Positions 48,958 to 61,600 of a stretch of 64,000 nt of DNA are shown piece by piece. The stretch comes from Antedon mediterranea (Eukaryota > Animalia > Echinodermata), in NCBI RefSeq assembly GCF_964355755.1, contig NC_092671.1, positions 5,642,001 through 5,706,000 on the forward strand. Reading direction: 5' to 3'. The notes under the pieces were generated by a model. The model was not told where the DNA came from. It searched no databases and saw only the letters and a program-made list of their open reading frames with translations. The first letter of the stretch is position 1. Each line of letters starts with the position of its first letter. Both the position numbers and the translations under genes were made by a program.

Positions 48958-49846
48958 GGCGATGATAAAATCGCGTCGATGATGCAATGAAAATTGCGTC
49001 GATGTGATGAAAATTGCGTCGATGAATATAGTATTGATGTAATGATGTGATGAACATTGCGTCGATGAAAATTGCGTCGATGTAATGAAAATTGCGTTAA
49101 TGTGATGAAAATTGCGTCGATGAAAATTGCGTCGATGAAAACTACATCGATGAAAACTGCATCGATGAAAAAAAAAATAATTTTCATCGATGCAGTTTTC
49201 ATCGATGAAAATTGCGATCTCCCTGCCGGTATGATTTGAATATGATGTCATGGATGCTGGACATCTGGATTTTATGTACTGAACTGGTGGATTAACGGAA
49301 GCAATTAGCTAGAAGATATAATGTGTCCGAAAGGACAATAATGGATCCATTGCTAAAATGTGTTGACAATAAATCACTAAAATGTTAATCAGTGCATATA
49401 TTTCAACATTGTTTTAGTGCGCGATCACTGTGCGCTTGTCTATAACGCGCGCTAGCGCAAGCGGTAAACATGTTTATCATATCAAAATATTCAGAAACCG
49501 TCAATTTTTAGCAACATAATAACATTATTAACATCATTATTAACATCATCATTTACTTTACTAGTAGTCATTTTCATCATTGATTGAATTAAAACCATTT
49601 GGAATTTTCATAATCAATTAAATTCATCACATCAATTTTCATCGATGCAGTTTTCATCGACGCAATTTTCATCGATGCAGTTTTCATCGACGCAATTTTC
49701 ATCGACGCAATTTTCATCGATGCAATTTTCATCGACGCAATGTAAATTGCGTCGACGCAATCTACATTGCATCGACGCAATCTACATTGCGTCGATGCAA
49801 TTTTCATCGACGCAATTTCATCATCGACGCAATTTTTATCATCGCC
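48958..49846. mobile_element. Foldback-type MITE with arms built from a 15-bp repeat (GATGAAAATTGCGTC)
   Basis: Inverted ends GGCGATGATAAAA/TTTTATCATCGCC; left and right 15-mer arrays in opposite orientation. Confidence 0.75.
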
Positions 49847-50489
49847 AAAAACTTGTGTAAAACGGCGTTCCATAAGTGACGAATCGCATATTCGCCGTTT
49901 ATTGTTGAGGCGCGTAAACAGTGTGCGCAATGCACGTTTTCTTCCCATGACGAGACGAATCGATATTCGACTCTTCGTGTGACGAATAATCGCCAAATTA
50001 TAATTAATATAATTAATTAATGAAATAAGATACGCAGTTGATGTTTGCATCAATTGTTCTTTAGAGTAAATACTTTCGAAATACAAAACAAAAAATGTGT
50101 GGTGAGTGACGATATGTTCAATCATGGACCTATAAATTACTAATTTATAGGTCCATGATTCAATATCTGTAGCTTCAATTCAAACATAATGTAACAGAAA
50201 ATTCGAAGCGTAAAAAACGTTCGTTTACACAACACTTTTTTTTATACTTTATTATTGATTATTATATTATACAGGAATACTATTTATTTCCTCATTTCTA
50301 CCCAAGAATAAACAATTTTTGGATACAAAACTTTATGTGAATTACATTACCAAAATATTAAAATGAGGATAAAAAAACATCGCGTAAAATACTCGTACTC
50401 AAAAGCTTCTGAAATTTGTAGATATATGTCATGAAAAAGAAATTTGACATTCCCAATAATTTTTTTTGGCAAAAATGTAATATATGAAA

Positions 50490-52320
50490 CATACAATTTA
50501 CATAGTTTATCATTGTTTTTTATTAGAACCAATATGGTTACACAGTTAAACATAGTGATAAAGAATAGATACTTGTTAGGTTACTACCCTACCCTCTAGT
50601 TTGAAGCGACATTATAAATTCATCGAGAAAAAAAACGTATCGTATTCAGAAACGTTTGACATTTTGTATAGATATGTTCAATAAGACAAAACAAATTATA
50701 AATTTCAAGACAAATCGATGACTTCCATTATTTGCATTTCAAAAAATTCACACTTATGAAAGACCATACATTTTCAACATTTCCTTTTTTCTGTGTACCG
50801 AGTTTAGAAACTTTTTGAATACCAGAAGTATTTTTTTGTGATGCTTTTTCATTTGAATTGTAGTATAAAATGTCATTGAAACGAGATAAAAATCATACAA
50901 GACATGTTATAATAGGTTGCTCTATATACATAACAAAATTAGTTCTTTTTTTTGGTAAGAATCGCCAATGAAGTAGAAAGTTATTTCAGATGTAGTGTGC
51001 ATTTATACGTCATTAATAGTAGGCCTAAAATATAATATTAAATATTATAAAGAATATCAAACATTTTATGTTATGAAAAATAAAATTGACATATAAGTTT
51101 ATCATTGTGTTTTACTATAACCATTTTGGTTACACAGTGAGTGATAAAGAATAGAACTGTTTTAGTTTATTTAACCCTAACCCTAGTTTGAAGCGATCAC
51201 ATATTTAATATTCATCGCTAAAAATACGTATCGTCTTGAAAAACGTTTGATATTTGGTAGATATGTTCAATATAGGTTCTTACATCTATAATGCAAAAGA
51301 AATATCCTAATAGTTTTATTTTGATTTCTGAGAATCATCAATGAAGTAAAAATGTGTTGGAAATGTATTGTCTTTCATAAGTGTAAATGTTTAGAAATGC
51401 AAATTATTAAAATCACGAATTTGTCTTGAAACTTTTATTTTTTGTTTGTTTTATAGACGTAAGAACCTATTGAACATATTTACCAAATTTCAAATGTTTC
51501 TGTATACGATACGTATTTTTTCGCGATGAATTAAGTATGTGATCGCTTCAAACTAGGGTTAGAGTTATATAACCTAAAACAGTGTCTATTCTTTATTATT
51601 GTGTTTAACTGTGTAACCAAATTGGTTCTGTAAAACAAGATGATAAACTATGTAACTTGTATTTATTATTATTACATTATATGTATCCTATAATGTAATA
51701 TGAAAAATAAAATGTACATAGTTTATCATTGTGTTGTACTAAAACCAATTTGGTTAAAAGTTAAACACAGTGTTAAAGAATGAACTGTTAGGTTATTTAA
51801 CCCTAACCCTAGTTTGAAGCGATCACATACTTAATTCATCGATAAAAATACGTATCGTCTTAAAAAACGTTTGAAATTTGGTACATGTTCAATATAGGTT
51901 CTTACATCTATAATGTAAAAGAAATATCATAATTTGTTTTATTTTGATTTCTGGGAATCATCAATGAAGTCAAAATGTGTTGGAAAATGTATGGTATTTC
52001 ATAAGTGTACATTTTTAGAAATGCAAATTATTAAAATCACGAATTTTTTGTGAAATTTATATTTTTGGTTTGTTTTATAGACGTAAGAACCTATTAAACA
52101 TATCTAACAAATTTCAAAAGTTTCTAAATACGATACGTACTTTTTCGCGATGAATTTATTATGTCGCTTCAAACTAGGGTTAGGGTTATATAACCTAAAA
52201 CAGTATCTATTCTTTATCACTGTGTTTAACTGTGTCACCAAATTGGTTCTGTAAAACAAGATGATAAACTATGTAACTTGTATTTATTATATTATTACAT
52301 TATATGTATCCTATTCTTTT
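50490..52320. repeat. Tandem ~620-bp hairpin modules containing TAACCCTAACCCTAGTTTGAAGCGA
   Basis: Forward arms at ~50,582, 51,171 and 51,797; reverse arms at ~51,541 and ~52,163. Confidence 0.8.
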
Positions 52321-52339
52321 CATAACGTTTAGATAATAA

Positions 52340-55079
52340 GATATGTTTAATATAATATTTTGCTATGTAAATAATATCATATAATAAATGTTTCATTATC
52401 ATTGTGTTTTACTGTAACCAAATTGGCTATAGTAAAACACAATACTAAATTTGTATGTAAATGTATCATATTATTATATGTTTCCTATTCTTAATTTGTG
52501 TTTTACTGTATCCAGCACAGTGCTAAATATCATTTATCATAGTTAAAATGTTTTACTCTAACCAAATTGGTTATAGTAAAACACAGTGATAAATTACTAT
52601 GTAAATGTCATTTATCATATTATTAAATGTTTCATATTCTTTATCATTGTGCTTTACTCTAATCAAATTGGTTATAGTAAAACACAGTGCTAAATTTCTA
52701 TGTGAATGTCATTTATCATGTTATTAAATGTTTCCTATTCTTTATCATTGTGTTTTACTCTAACCAAATTGGTTATAGTAAAACACAGTGCTAAATTGCT
52801 ATGTAATGACATTTATCATATTATTAAATGTTTCCTCTTCTATATCATTGTGCTTTACCATAACCAAATTGGTTATAGTAAAACATTGTGCTAAATTGCT
52901 AGCTATGTAAATAATCATTATTATTAAATGTTTCCTATTCTTTGTCATTGTGTTTTACTCTAACCAAATTGGTTATAGTAAAACACAGTGCTAAATTGCT
53001 ATGTAATGACATTTATCATATTATTAAATGTTTCCTATTCTATATCATTGTGCTTTACCATAACCAAATTGGTTATAGTAAAACATGGTGCTAAATTGCT
53101 ATGTAAATAATCATTATTATTAAATGTTTCCTATTCTATATCATTGTGCTTTACCATAACCAAATTGGTTATAGTAAAACACAGTGATAAATTGCTATGT
53201 AAATGTCATTTATCATATTATTAAATGTTTCCTATTCTTTATCATTATGTTTTACTTTAACCAAATTGGTTATAGTAAAACACAGTGCTAAATTGCTATG
53301 TAAATGTCATTTATCATATTATTAAATGTTTCCTATTCTATATCATTGTGCTTTACCATAACCAAATTGGTTATAGTAAAACACAGTGATAAATTGCTAT
53401 GTAAATGTCATTTATCATATTATTAAATGTTTCCTATTCTATATCATTGTGTTTTACTATAACCAAATTGGTTATAGTAAAACACAGTGCTAAATTGCTA
53501 TGTAAATAATCATTATTATTAAATATTTCCTATTCTTTATCATTGTGTTTTACTCTAACCAAATTGGTTATAGTAAAACACAGTGCTAAATTGCTATGTA
53601 AATGTCATATATCATATTATTAAATTCCTATTCTTTATCATTCTGCTTTACTTTAACCAAATTGGTTATAGTAAAACACAGTGCTAAATTGCTATGTAAA
53701 TGTCATATATCATATTATTAAATTCCTATTCTTTATCATTCTGCTTTACTTTAACCAAATTGGTTATAGTAAAACACAGTGCTAAATTGCTATGTAAATG
53801 TCATTTATCATATTATTAAGTGTTTCCTATTCTTTATCATTGTGTTTTACTTTAACCAAATTGGTTATAGTAAAACACAGTGCTAAATTGCTATGTAAAT
53901 GTCATTTATCAAATTATTAAATGTTTCCTATTCTATATCATTGTGTTTTACTCTAACCAAATTGGTTATAGTAAAACACAGTGCCAAATTGCTATGTGAA
54001 TGTCATATATCATATTATTAAATGTTTCCTATTCTTTATCATTGTGTTTTACTATAACCAAATTGGTTATTGTAAAACACAGTGCTAAATTGCTATGTAA
54101 ATAATCATTATTATTAAATGTTTCCTATTCTTTATCATTGTGTTTTACTCTAACCAAATTGGTTATAGTAAAACACAGTGATAAATTGCTATGTAAATGT
54201 CATTTATCATATTATTAAATGTTTCCTATTCTATATCATTGTGTTTTACTATAACCAAATTGGTTATAGTAAAACACAGTGCTAAATTGCTATGTAAATA
54301 ATCATTATTATTAAATATTTCCTATTCTTTATCATTGTGTTTTACTCTAACCAAATTGGTTATAGTAAAACACAGTGCTAAATTGCTATGTAAATGTCAT
54401 TTATCATGTTATTAAATGTTTCCTATTCTTTATCATTGTGTTTTACTTTAACCAAATTGGTTTTAGTAAAACACAGTGCTAAATTGCTATGTAAATGTCA
54501 TTTATCATGTTATTAAATGTTTCCTATTCTTTATCATTGTGTTTTACTTTAACCAAATTGGTTATAGTAAAACACAGTGCTAAATTGCTATGTAAATGTC
54601 ATTTATCAAATTATTAAATGTTTCCTATTCTATATCATTGTGTTTTACTCTAACCAAATTGGTTATAGTAAAACACAGTGCTAAATTGCTATGTGAATGT
54701 CATATATCATATTATTAAATGTTTCCTATTCTTTATCATTGTGTTTTACTCTAACCAAATTGGTTATAGTAAAACACAGTGCTAAATTGCTATGTAAATG
54801 TCATATATCATATTATTAAATTCCTATTCTTTATCATTCTGCTTTACTTTAACCAAATTGTTTATAGTAAAACACAGTGCTAAATTGCTATGTAAATGTC
54901 ATTTATCATATTATTAAATGTTGCCTATTCTATATCATTGTGTTTTACTCTAACCAAATTGGTTATAGTAAAACACAGTGATAAATTGCTATGTAATGAC
55001 ATTTATCATATTATTAAATGTTTCCTATTCTTTATCATTGTGTTTTACTCTAACCAAATTGGTTATTGTAAAACACAGT
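52340..55079 (-). repeat. Satellite array, ~27 x ~100 bp, inverted relative to 46,078-48,560
   Basis: Reverse complement of the left-array monomer; near-identical pseudo-ORFs appear on opposite strands in the ORF track. Confidence 0.95.
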
Positions 55080-55218
55080 ATATTTTACCTCAACAACATC
55101 GCCGCAAAATTGTTTATACGTTTATTTTGATTGGCTAACTAAAGTACGGTCTAATGAATATTGATATCAGAAGATTCCCTAGCTTAGTGAAAAAGTTTTA
55201 TTACCAAAAATATGCTGA

Positions 55219-55237
55219 TTACGTCACTACCGGAAGT
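55219..55237 (+). promoter_or_regulatory. Adjacent CRE/ATF (TTACGTCA) and ETS (CCGGAAGT) motifs ~430 bp upstream of the MARS ATG
   Basis: ttacgtcactaccggaagt; motif match only. Confidence 0.45.
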
Positions 55238-55658
55238 TGTAGTCTAGCATGATGCAGACGCAATTGATTATGTACGTTTGTTAAACATATAAAAAGCTGT
55301 AAATTACCACAAAACGACAATAGGAAAGAATTCAAAGAAATGCCCTACGTGTTCAAAATCATTGTTTTAATATAGTCTGTATGTATAACTAACAATTGAC
55401 CTTGTGGAAGAGCGTATAAATTTAATTTAAAGTAAAACATGATTTACTCGCCAATTTGGTATTGGATATATAGCTCTCTCATATTAAAAATACATGATTA
55501 TTCATACGGCTGCCGTTTACGAATTGACTGTAGTTTTTGCGGTACTATACTTTACAACTGACACTTGTACGTGTAAATAGAATCGCCACTTGGACGAAAC
55601 CATTATTTTTCCCACACACGTTTTGCTAGCCATCCGTAACTTTTTATAAGGAAAAAGA

Positions 55659-58600
55659 ATGGATTTGTATTATGACAAAGGAAATCATTTAACATTAAAA
55701 GCTGCGATTGCCTTTTATTTAGGTGAATCAAAATTGCCTGTAAATTGGAAAACTGTCAAGTCCTCTGGTAAGTTGACTAACGGGTTAGGTAGGGCTAGGC
55801 TAGGCCTCACCACATCGCAAATCTGGCGTATGCAACGTAATGAAAACCACCAGTCCACGCCCACTCTTGCATCATTCACTGTGCTTTAAACTAGAGAGTA
55901 GTGGGCCTAGCCTACGTATCACATCACAGAATATGATGACTAACATTGTGATATTTGTGCACCATGTATTTTTTTCAAAGGGTGAATAAAACTAATGAAA
56001 ACGTCTGGAAGATGTGGTTTTTACTGAGTAATAATAAATAGTGATACTGATAGGCCTCCTATCTATGCAAATGAAGCAATTAATTAACTTATTTCTAAAT
56101 TAAATTGCATTTTTTTTTTTTGCCTCTTTACAGATCGAGTTGTTCCGTTTCTAAAGAAAAACAAGCTCCCAGTCTTACAATTGTCAAATGGCGATTTTAT
56201 ATTCTCATCAAATGAAATTTGCAGGTTAAAAAAAAAATTTATTTAGGAACCCGTCCCTTTTAGGCTATTTTAATTACCTTTTTACTGTAATTCATTAATT
56301 TAAAATAAAGTACAGAATAAGAATATAATATAATATTTATATAATATTTAAAAATAATTATTAAAAGTCTTATTTAAAAATGAATGGTATTTATTATATT
56401 TCAATATTTAATAAAAAATAACATTTCTTTTTTTAATCAATATTGTTTTCTAGGTATCTTCTTGGCAAACTGGGCAAGGATACAGATGATCTTCAAGTTG
56501 CGGAGTGGCTGGATTGGGAGTCTAGTCAATTACAGGTCTCTATTCAATCACTCAATCAATTATTTGTAATTTGTAACGGATAATAGTTAGTACAGTACTA
56601 CTGTATAATTATGCATAGAATATTTGTTTTGCAACATGATTATTATTACTGAAACTGCTTTTTATTTACCATCAAAGTTTTCTGTTTATTATTGATGAGT
56701 TATTCATTAACTATATTTATCTATTCTAATAGCCTGTTCTAGGTCCTTACCTTGCTGTGTCTGCCTCTGGAGGAAAGGCCAATCCAGACCCATTAAAAGG
56801 TCATTTTGCCAACATCGACCAGACGTTAAAAGAGAAAGCTTTTCTTGTTGGTGTAAGTTGGTTTCTTTCTGTAAACATTCTGTTCAACACTGAAGCTGAT
56901 AAATATTAATTATTGATTAACTAACATTAAAATGCTTCTGTTTTACATCATATTTAACATCAATTATTGAAGATAGATTTTTGAAATGGATAAAATGAAG
57001 GAAATATATCTGCACTTATTGTCTGGGTTCTAGCTATTAAAACAAAAACAACTTTATAATTAGCTGTGATTCAAATCTACAGTAACTTTTTTTTAATTTT
57101 TTAGTCTGATCTAACAGCAGCAGATATTGCTCTCTGGTCAGCACTGTATCCTGCTATTGCGGAAAATTCCTCTCTTAAATCCATTTATCCCAACATGGCT
57201 TCCTGGTTTGGTAAGCTATCCCAGAATACTGCGTTCCAGTCTGCTGTTGCTATGGTAACCGAAAACAAAGGCGTATCGGCATGTGCAACATCTATACAAG
57301 CACAGCCATTGGTTCGTCCAGTGGTTACCAAAAAGAAGGCTGTCGTAACTGAAGAGAATGATTCTCTAACGGTATTTGTTTTTGTTGTGTTTTAGGGTCT
57401 GTATACACTATCAAACTAGTTTGACAAAAAAAGTGTAATGTGCCCAAATATGGCAGTAATATACCTAAATATAGTAGTAATATGACATCATCATGTCCAT
57501 ATATGGGCACATCACATTTTTTTGTCACATAAAGTTTGATAGACAGAGCTTTATTCAAACTTTGAAAATAGTACTACTGTATACTAATAAGTAATCACAG
57601 TGAAGAATGCTTTCTTCTTCCTTGAACTTGTTTTTATGTTGTTAATGTATTATTTTTTGTTTTAGAATGATGAGAAAGATTCAATTATTGATGACTGGCT
57701 TCATGGTAAAGCTAAACTACCAAAGAATCCTATGAGAGAAAAGCCTATGTAAGTATAATAATACCAAAATACTATAAGCTAATATTAAGCTAATATTATG
57801 ACCGAGACATATACTGTATGACCAAGACACAACTGTTGTCTTAATTATGCCAAGCAAATTTTCATTTTTAAGTGGACCAATAAAATGTCTTGAATCTTAT
57901 GATATATTATGATATCCGAAATAAATAAGTCATATGCATTTTCTTTTGTAGCTTGCCTGTGAAAGGTCAGCGTAATGTGCTAATAACCAGTGCCCTCCCA
58001 TATGTTAACAATGTTCCTCATCTTGGTAACATCATAGGCTGTGTATTGAGTGCCGATGTTTATTCAAGGTAATATTAACTCATTAATATAAGTATTATCA
58101 TGACCATTCTCCAGCATAAAATAAACATAAACATTTTTAAATTTTGCTTTGTGTAAATAAAGTGAATAAATAAATGAAAGATTCTTTTAGATAAATTCAA
58201 ATCCTCTTCATTTTTGGAATACTAGATTCTGCAAATTGCGTGGCTACAACACATTGTACATCTGTGGTACTGATGAGTATGGCACGGCAACAGAAACAAA
58301 AGCATTAGAAGAAAAACTTACACCGAAACAGATATGCGACAAGTATTTCAAGTTACACCAAGAAATATATGAATGGTTCAATATTGGATTTGACTACTTT
58401 GGGAGAACTACAACAGACAAACAGACAGAGTATGTATAGACTGTGAAATGTGGATTAGTATGACTATGTGGATTAGTATGACTATGTGGATTAGTATGAC
58501 TATGTGGATTAGTATGAATATGTGGATTAGTATGACTATGTGGATTAGTATGACTATGTGGATTAGTCTCTATATGAAATGTTAAGAATATTAAGACATT

Positions 58601-61600
58601 TTAAGATTAAAGTTCTGTCTACACTATCAAACTTTATTTGAAAAAAAAATGTGATGTGCCCATATATGTACATGATGATGTGATATCATTACCATATTTG
58701 GGCACATCACACTTTTTTTGTTAAACTAGTTTGATAATGTAGACAGAGCTTTATACTAATAACCATAAATATGAAGCTAAATGAATTTAAACACTATTAA
58801 AGTTGGTCTGTAGGTTTGATTACTCCCAACTAATATACATTTTAACTTGATTCATTTCTAGAATTGCTCAAGATATATTTTGGCGTCTTCAAAAGCGCGA
58901 CTTTCTGCTGGAGGATACGGTTGAACAGCTTCTGTGTGAAACGTGTAACCGATACCTAGCAGACAGGTTCGTAGAGGGCACATGTCCGTTGTGCAACTAC
59001 GAAGATGCACGTGGAGACCAATGTGACAAATGTGGAAAACTAATCAATGCCACCGAATTAAAGGTAATGGAATAGTACTGTAAATAAGCATATGTATAAG
59101 GTAAATATAGTGACTGGCTATTGGAGGCAATTGTTACCTCCGCCAGTATCCTGATAGGTTATGAGGTCAATCAGCTGTGTTTTTTTATTTGCTAATTAAC
59201 AGGATTACTCAAAAAGTTATTGCCCAATTTTCATAATATTTTAAAGGATGGTTTCACAGCTGGGAAATATGATTCACTTGCCTAGGCGGAGGTTTGCGCT
59301 CTCTGAGTGCCCTTCTAGTTCAAGATGTTTCGTAAAAATAATTACTCTAACAAAGTTATACTGCTAACAATGTTTAAAACATTTTAAAGTAAGTAATTCT
59401 GTTGCTTGCCTTCTCACTCCAGTCACTCGGTGGGGTTTTCACTGATTTTGATCTTTCTGTTCCTTTATAACTACTGCAAGTTATAAGAAACTTTTCATTC
59501 CACATGTAGATTCGATTTTTTTTTTCCAGAACCCAAGATGTAAAGTGTGCAATAGTTCACCTGTAATTCGTTCCTCTAAACACTTGTTTCTTGACTTACC
59601 AAAACTTCAACCAACGCTCGAGAAATTCCTAAACAAGTCTACGAATGAAGGCGATTGGACCCACAATGCTAAGCTCATCACCAACTCTTGGGTTCGTGAT
59701 GGCTTGAAGCCTCGGTGTATCACCAGAGATCTTAAATGGGGTACACCTGTACCCCTTGAAGGGTTCAAGGATAAAGTGTTCTACGTCTGGTTTGATGCTC
59801 CTATAGGATATCCATCGATCACAGCTAATTATACTGATGATTGGCAGAAATGGTGGAAGAATCCAAAAGAGGTAAAGCTCTGTCTATACTATTAAACTAG
59901 TTTGACAAAATGTGCCCAAATATGGTAGTGATATAATGACATCATCATATTCATATATGGGCACATTACATTTTTTTGTCACATAAAGTTTGATAGTGTA
60001 GACAGAGCTTTAGTTACATTATTGATCTCATTGATTCTTTGCAAGATTACAAAACAAAAATGATTTTAAAAAGAATGATTTTGTTCCATCAGGTTGAACT
60101 GTACAATTTCATGGCAAAAGACAACGTGCCATTCCACAGTGTCATATTTCCATGCTCGCTGCTAGGCACTGGTGAAGACTGGACACTTGTCAATAATTTG
60201 GTTGCCACAGGTAAAGTCTGCTCTGTAAATTCAGAGTCATCTACATAATTAAATAATTTGGAATACATCGAATGCATACATCAATCACTAGTCTATTTTC
60301 ATCCAAGATTCAGCGAAATGGCATCTAACATCACTTATGTGGTCACTATGTATTCACAAAAGGGCCAATGAGAAAATCCTTAATCTAGACCTGTATTCTT
60401 GAAACTAAGATTGGTATTATAGCTGTTTTTCCTCGCATATTTATTTCAGTAAAATCCAATTTCTGCTTTATATTTTCAGAATATCTCAATTATGAAGATG
60501 GCAAATTTTCCAAGAGTAGGGGCATAGGTGTTTTTGGCACAGACGTCTGCAAAACTGGCATTCCTGCAGCCATCTGGCGTTTCTACCTACTCTACATCCG
60601 TCCAGAATCCCAGGACAGCGCATTCAGCTGGTCGGATTTTGTTCTTAAGAATAATTCTGAACTGTTAAATAATCTTGGGAACTTTGTGAACAGGTATGGT
60701 CAAATAGCGGTTTATCATTCTAGCTCTGCATATATTGTGACACGGGTCTGTACTCTGACTCGGTACTGATCTTCTGACAGTGCCACTGGCGTATGATGAG
60801 ATTAACCATCTAGAGAAGAACTGTTTTAATATTCTTATCTGTTACAGAGGTCTGACATTCCTGGAGAAGAATTTTAACAGTATCGTCCCAGAAATGGTGC
60901 TGAGTGAGGATGATAAGAACGTAATAGTCTCAGTCACTCAGGAGCTCAAGATATATATTGAACTTCTAGAGAAAGTTAAGTAAGTACATGTTAGCTCAAC
61001 TAAATCAATTTAAGTTATTCTATTACTTCATTTGTTTAAAATGCAAATATAAATTTTCAGTCAAAATTTCGAAAAGAATGTTCACCTGATAGTAGTAGCA
61101 GCATCAATATTTAATGTTTGCTTCTCCCGTAGGATTCGAGATGCCCTTCGTCAGATCTTATCCATCTCTCGCATTGGTAACCAGCACCTCCAAGCTAACA
61201 AGCCATGGGATCTCATGAAAACTAAGAAAGAAGAAGATAGGTAAATGCCAACTAAAATCTGCTAAATCTCACATAAAATTACTTTTTTTTTAAAATGAAA
61301 TTCGAAATATATAAAGTACATTTAGTACACTACACATGATTATCAAAAGAACTCTTTTAATTAGAAATGTATGAGCATTGTTATTTACTATTTCAGAGTG
61401 AAAGCAGGAACTATTATAGGTCTTGCAGCCAACATCAGCTATCTGATATCAGTGATGCTGCACCCGTACATGCCAAGTGTGAGCCAGACAATACAGGAAC
61501 AACTCGCTGCAACCAACATCTCAAACTATATCTGTGAGAAGTTTGTATGTCATCTTCAAGCAGGACATAAAATAGGAAAGGTGAGTACGTGATAGTGGAC

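Larger units (their letters stand above)
45856..55472. mobile_element. ~9.6-kb foldback-like composite region bounded by ~44-bp inverted repeats
   Basis: 45,866-45,899 and 55,429-55,462 are inverted at 33/34 identity, both extending into TATATA; they enclose oppositely oriented satellite arrays. Confidence 0.5.

Noticed and set aside
51171-52190. Interstitial telomere
   Set aside because: Only two TAACCC units per module; a common motif within invertebrate repeats
46237-55138. Repeated MSFIMLLNVS... ORFs as a small membrane-peptide family
   Set aside because: They arise from satellite monomers whose ~101-bp length is not a multiple of 3; open frames depend on random indels
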